Shown one piece after another: positions 15,022-15,183 of a stretch of DNA of 15,183 bases. Source of the stretch: an uncultured Deinococcales bacterium (GTDB lineage Bacteria; Deinococcota; Deinococci; Deinococcales; JAAFIG01); contig CAXTKV010000132.1 of assembly GCA_964244895.1 (NCBI GenBank), forward strand, positions 1 through 15,183. Reading direction: 5' to 3'. The position numbers and the translations under genes are program-made. Every line of letters begins with the position of its first letter. The stretch's first letter is position 1. Under the pieces are notes generated by a model. That model worked only from the letters and a program-made list of their open reading frames with translations. It did no database searches and was not told the origin of the DNA.

Positions 15022-15183
15022 GCATCGAAAGAATCGCGTTTTTTGGATCGCCCGCGTTCGCGCTGCCCGTCCTGGAAGCGCTGCGCGAGCGTTTTCAGGT
15101 CGCGCTGGTGGTGGCGCAACCGGACAAAACCGCCGGGCGCGGCTTGAAGCTGACGCCGCCGCCCGTGGCAGTGCGGGCGCGGG
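15018..15183 (+). CDS. fmt: Methionyl-tRNA formyltransferase (5' partial)
   Basis: TTG 15018 overlaps the def stop; translates (M)SIERIAFFGSPAFALPVLEALRERFQVALVVAQPDKTAGRGLKLTPPPVA, the Fmt N-terminus. Canonical def-fmt order. Not in the ORF track. Confidence 0.93.
   Translation, partial: MSIERIAFFGSPAFALPVLEALRERFQVALVVAQPDKTAGRGLKLTPPPVAVRAR

Overview
GC-rich bacterial chromosomal window, most consistent with Deinococcota (inferred from the NusB/Asp23/Def/Fmt sequence style and from TANNNT -10 boxes placed 6-9 nt before start codons). In order: the 5' end of a secreted-protein gene (minus); an AT-rich divergent promoter; an OmpR-type regulator lacking the phosphoacceptor Asp; an AbiEi-like antitoxin with no toxin; rnhA; a membrane-anchored EEP-family hydrolase; a secreted hypothetical protein; a LacI-controlled polyol locus (SmoEFG-like ABC components without an ATPase, plus three dehydrogenases); asp23-nusB; a low-GC inserted gene; def; and the start of fmt. 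The most unusual signals are non-coding: (1) a dispersed ~27-bp palindromic REP-like family (GAGAACACCGTCCNGGACGGTGTTCTC) with about 15 units in seven or eight intergenic spacers; (2) about 50 copies of CTCGAG by hand count, roughly 10x expectation, in all reading frames and often joined to the repeat ends; (3) three copies of a candidate LacI operator TGGYCACGTGRCCA; (4) perfect anti-16S Shine-Dalgarno blocks far upstream in two long leaders (STAB-SD-like). All assignments come from reading the sequence by eye; no database searches were run.
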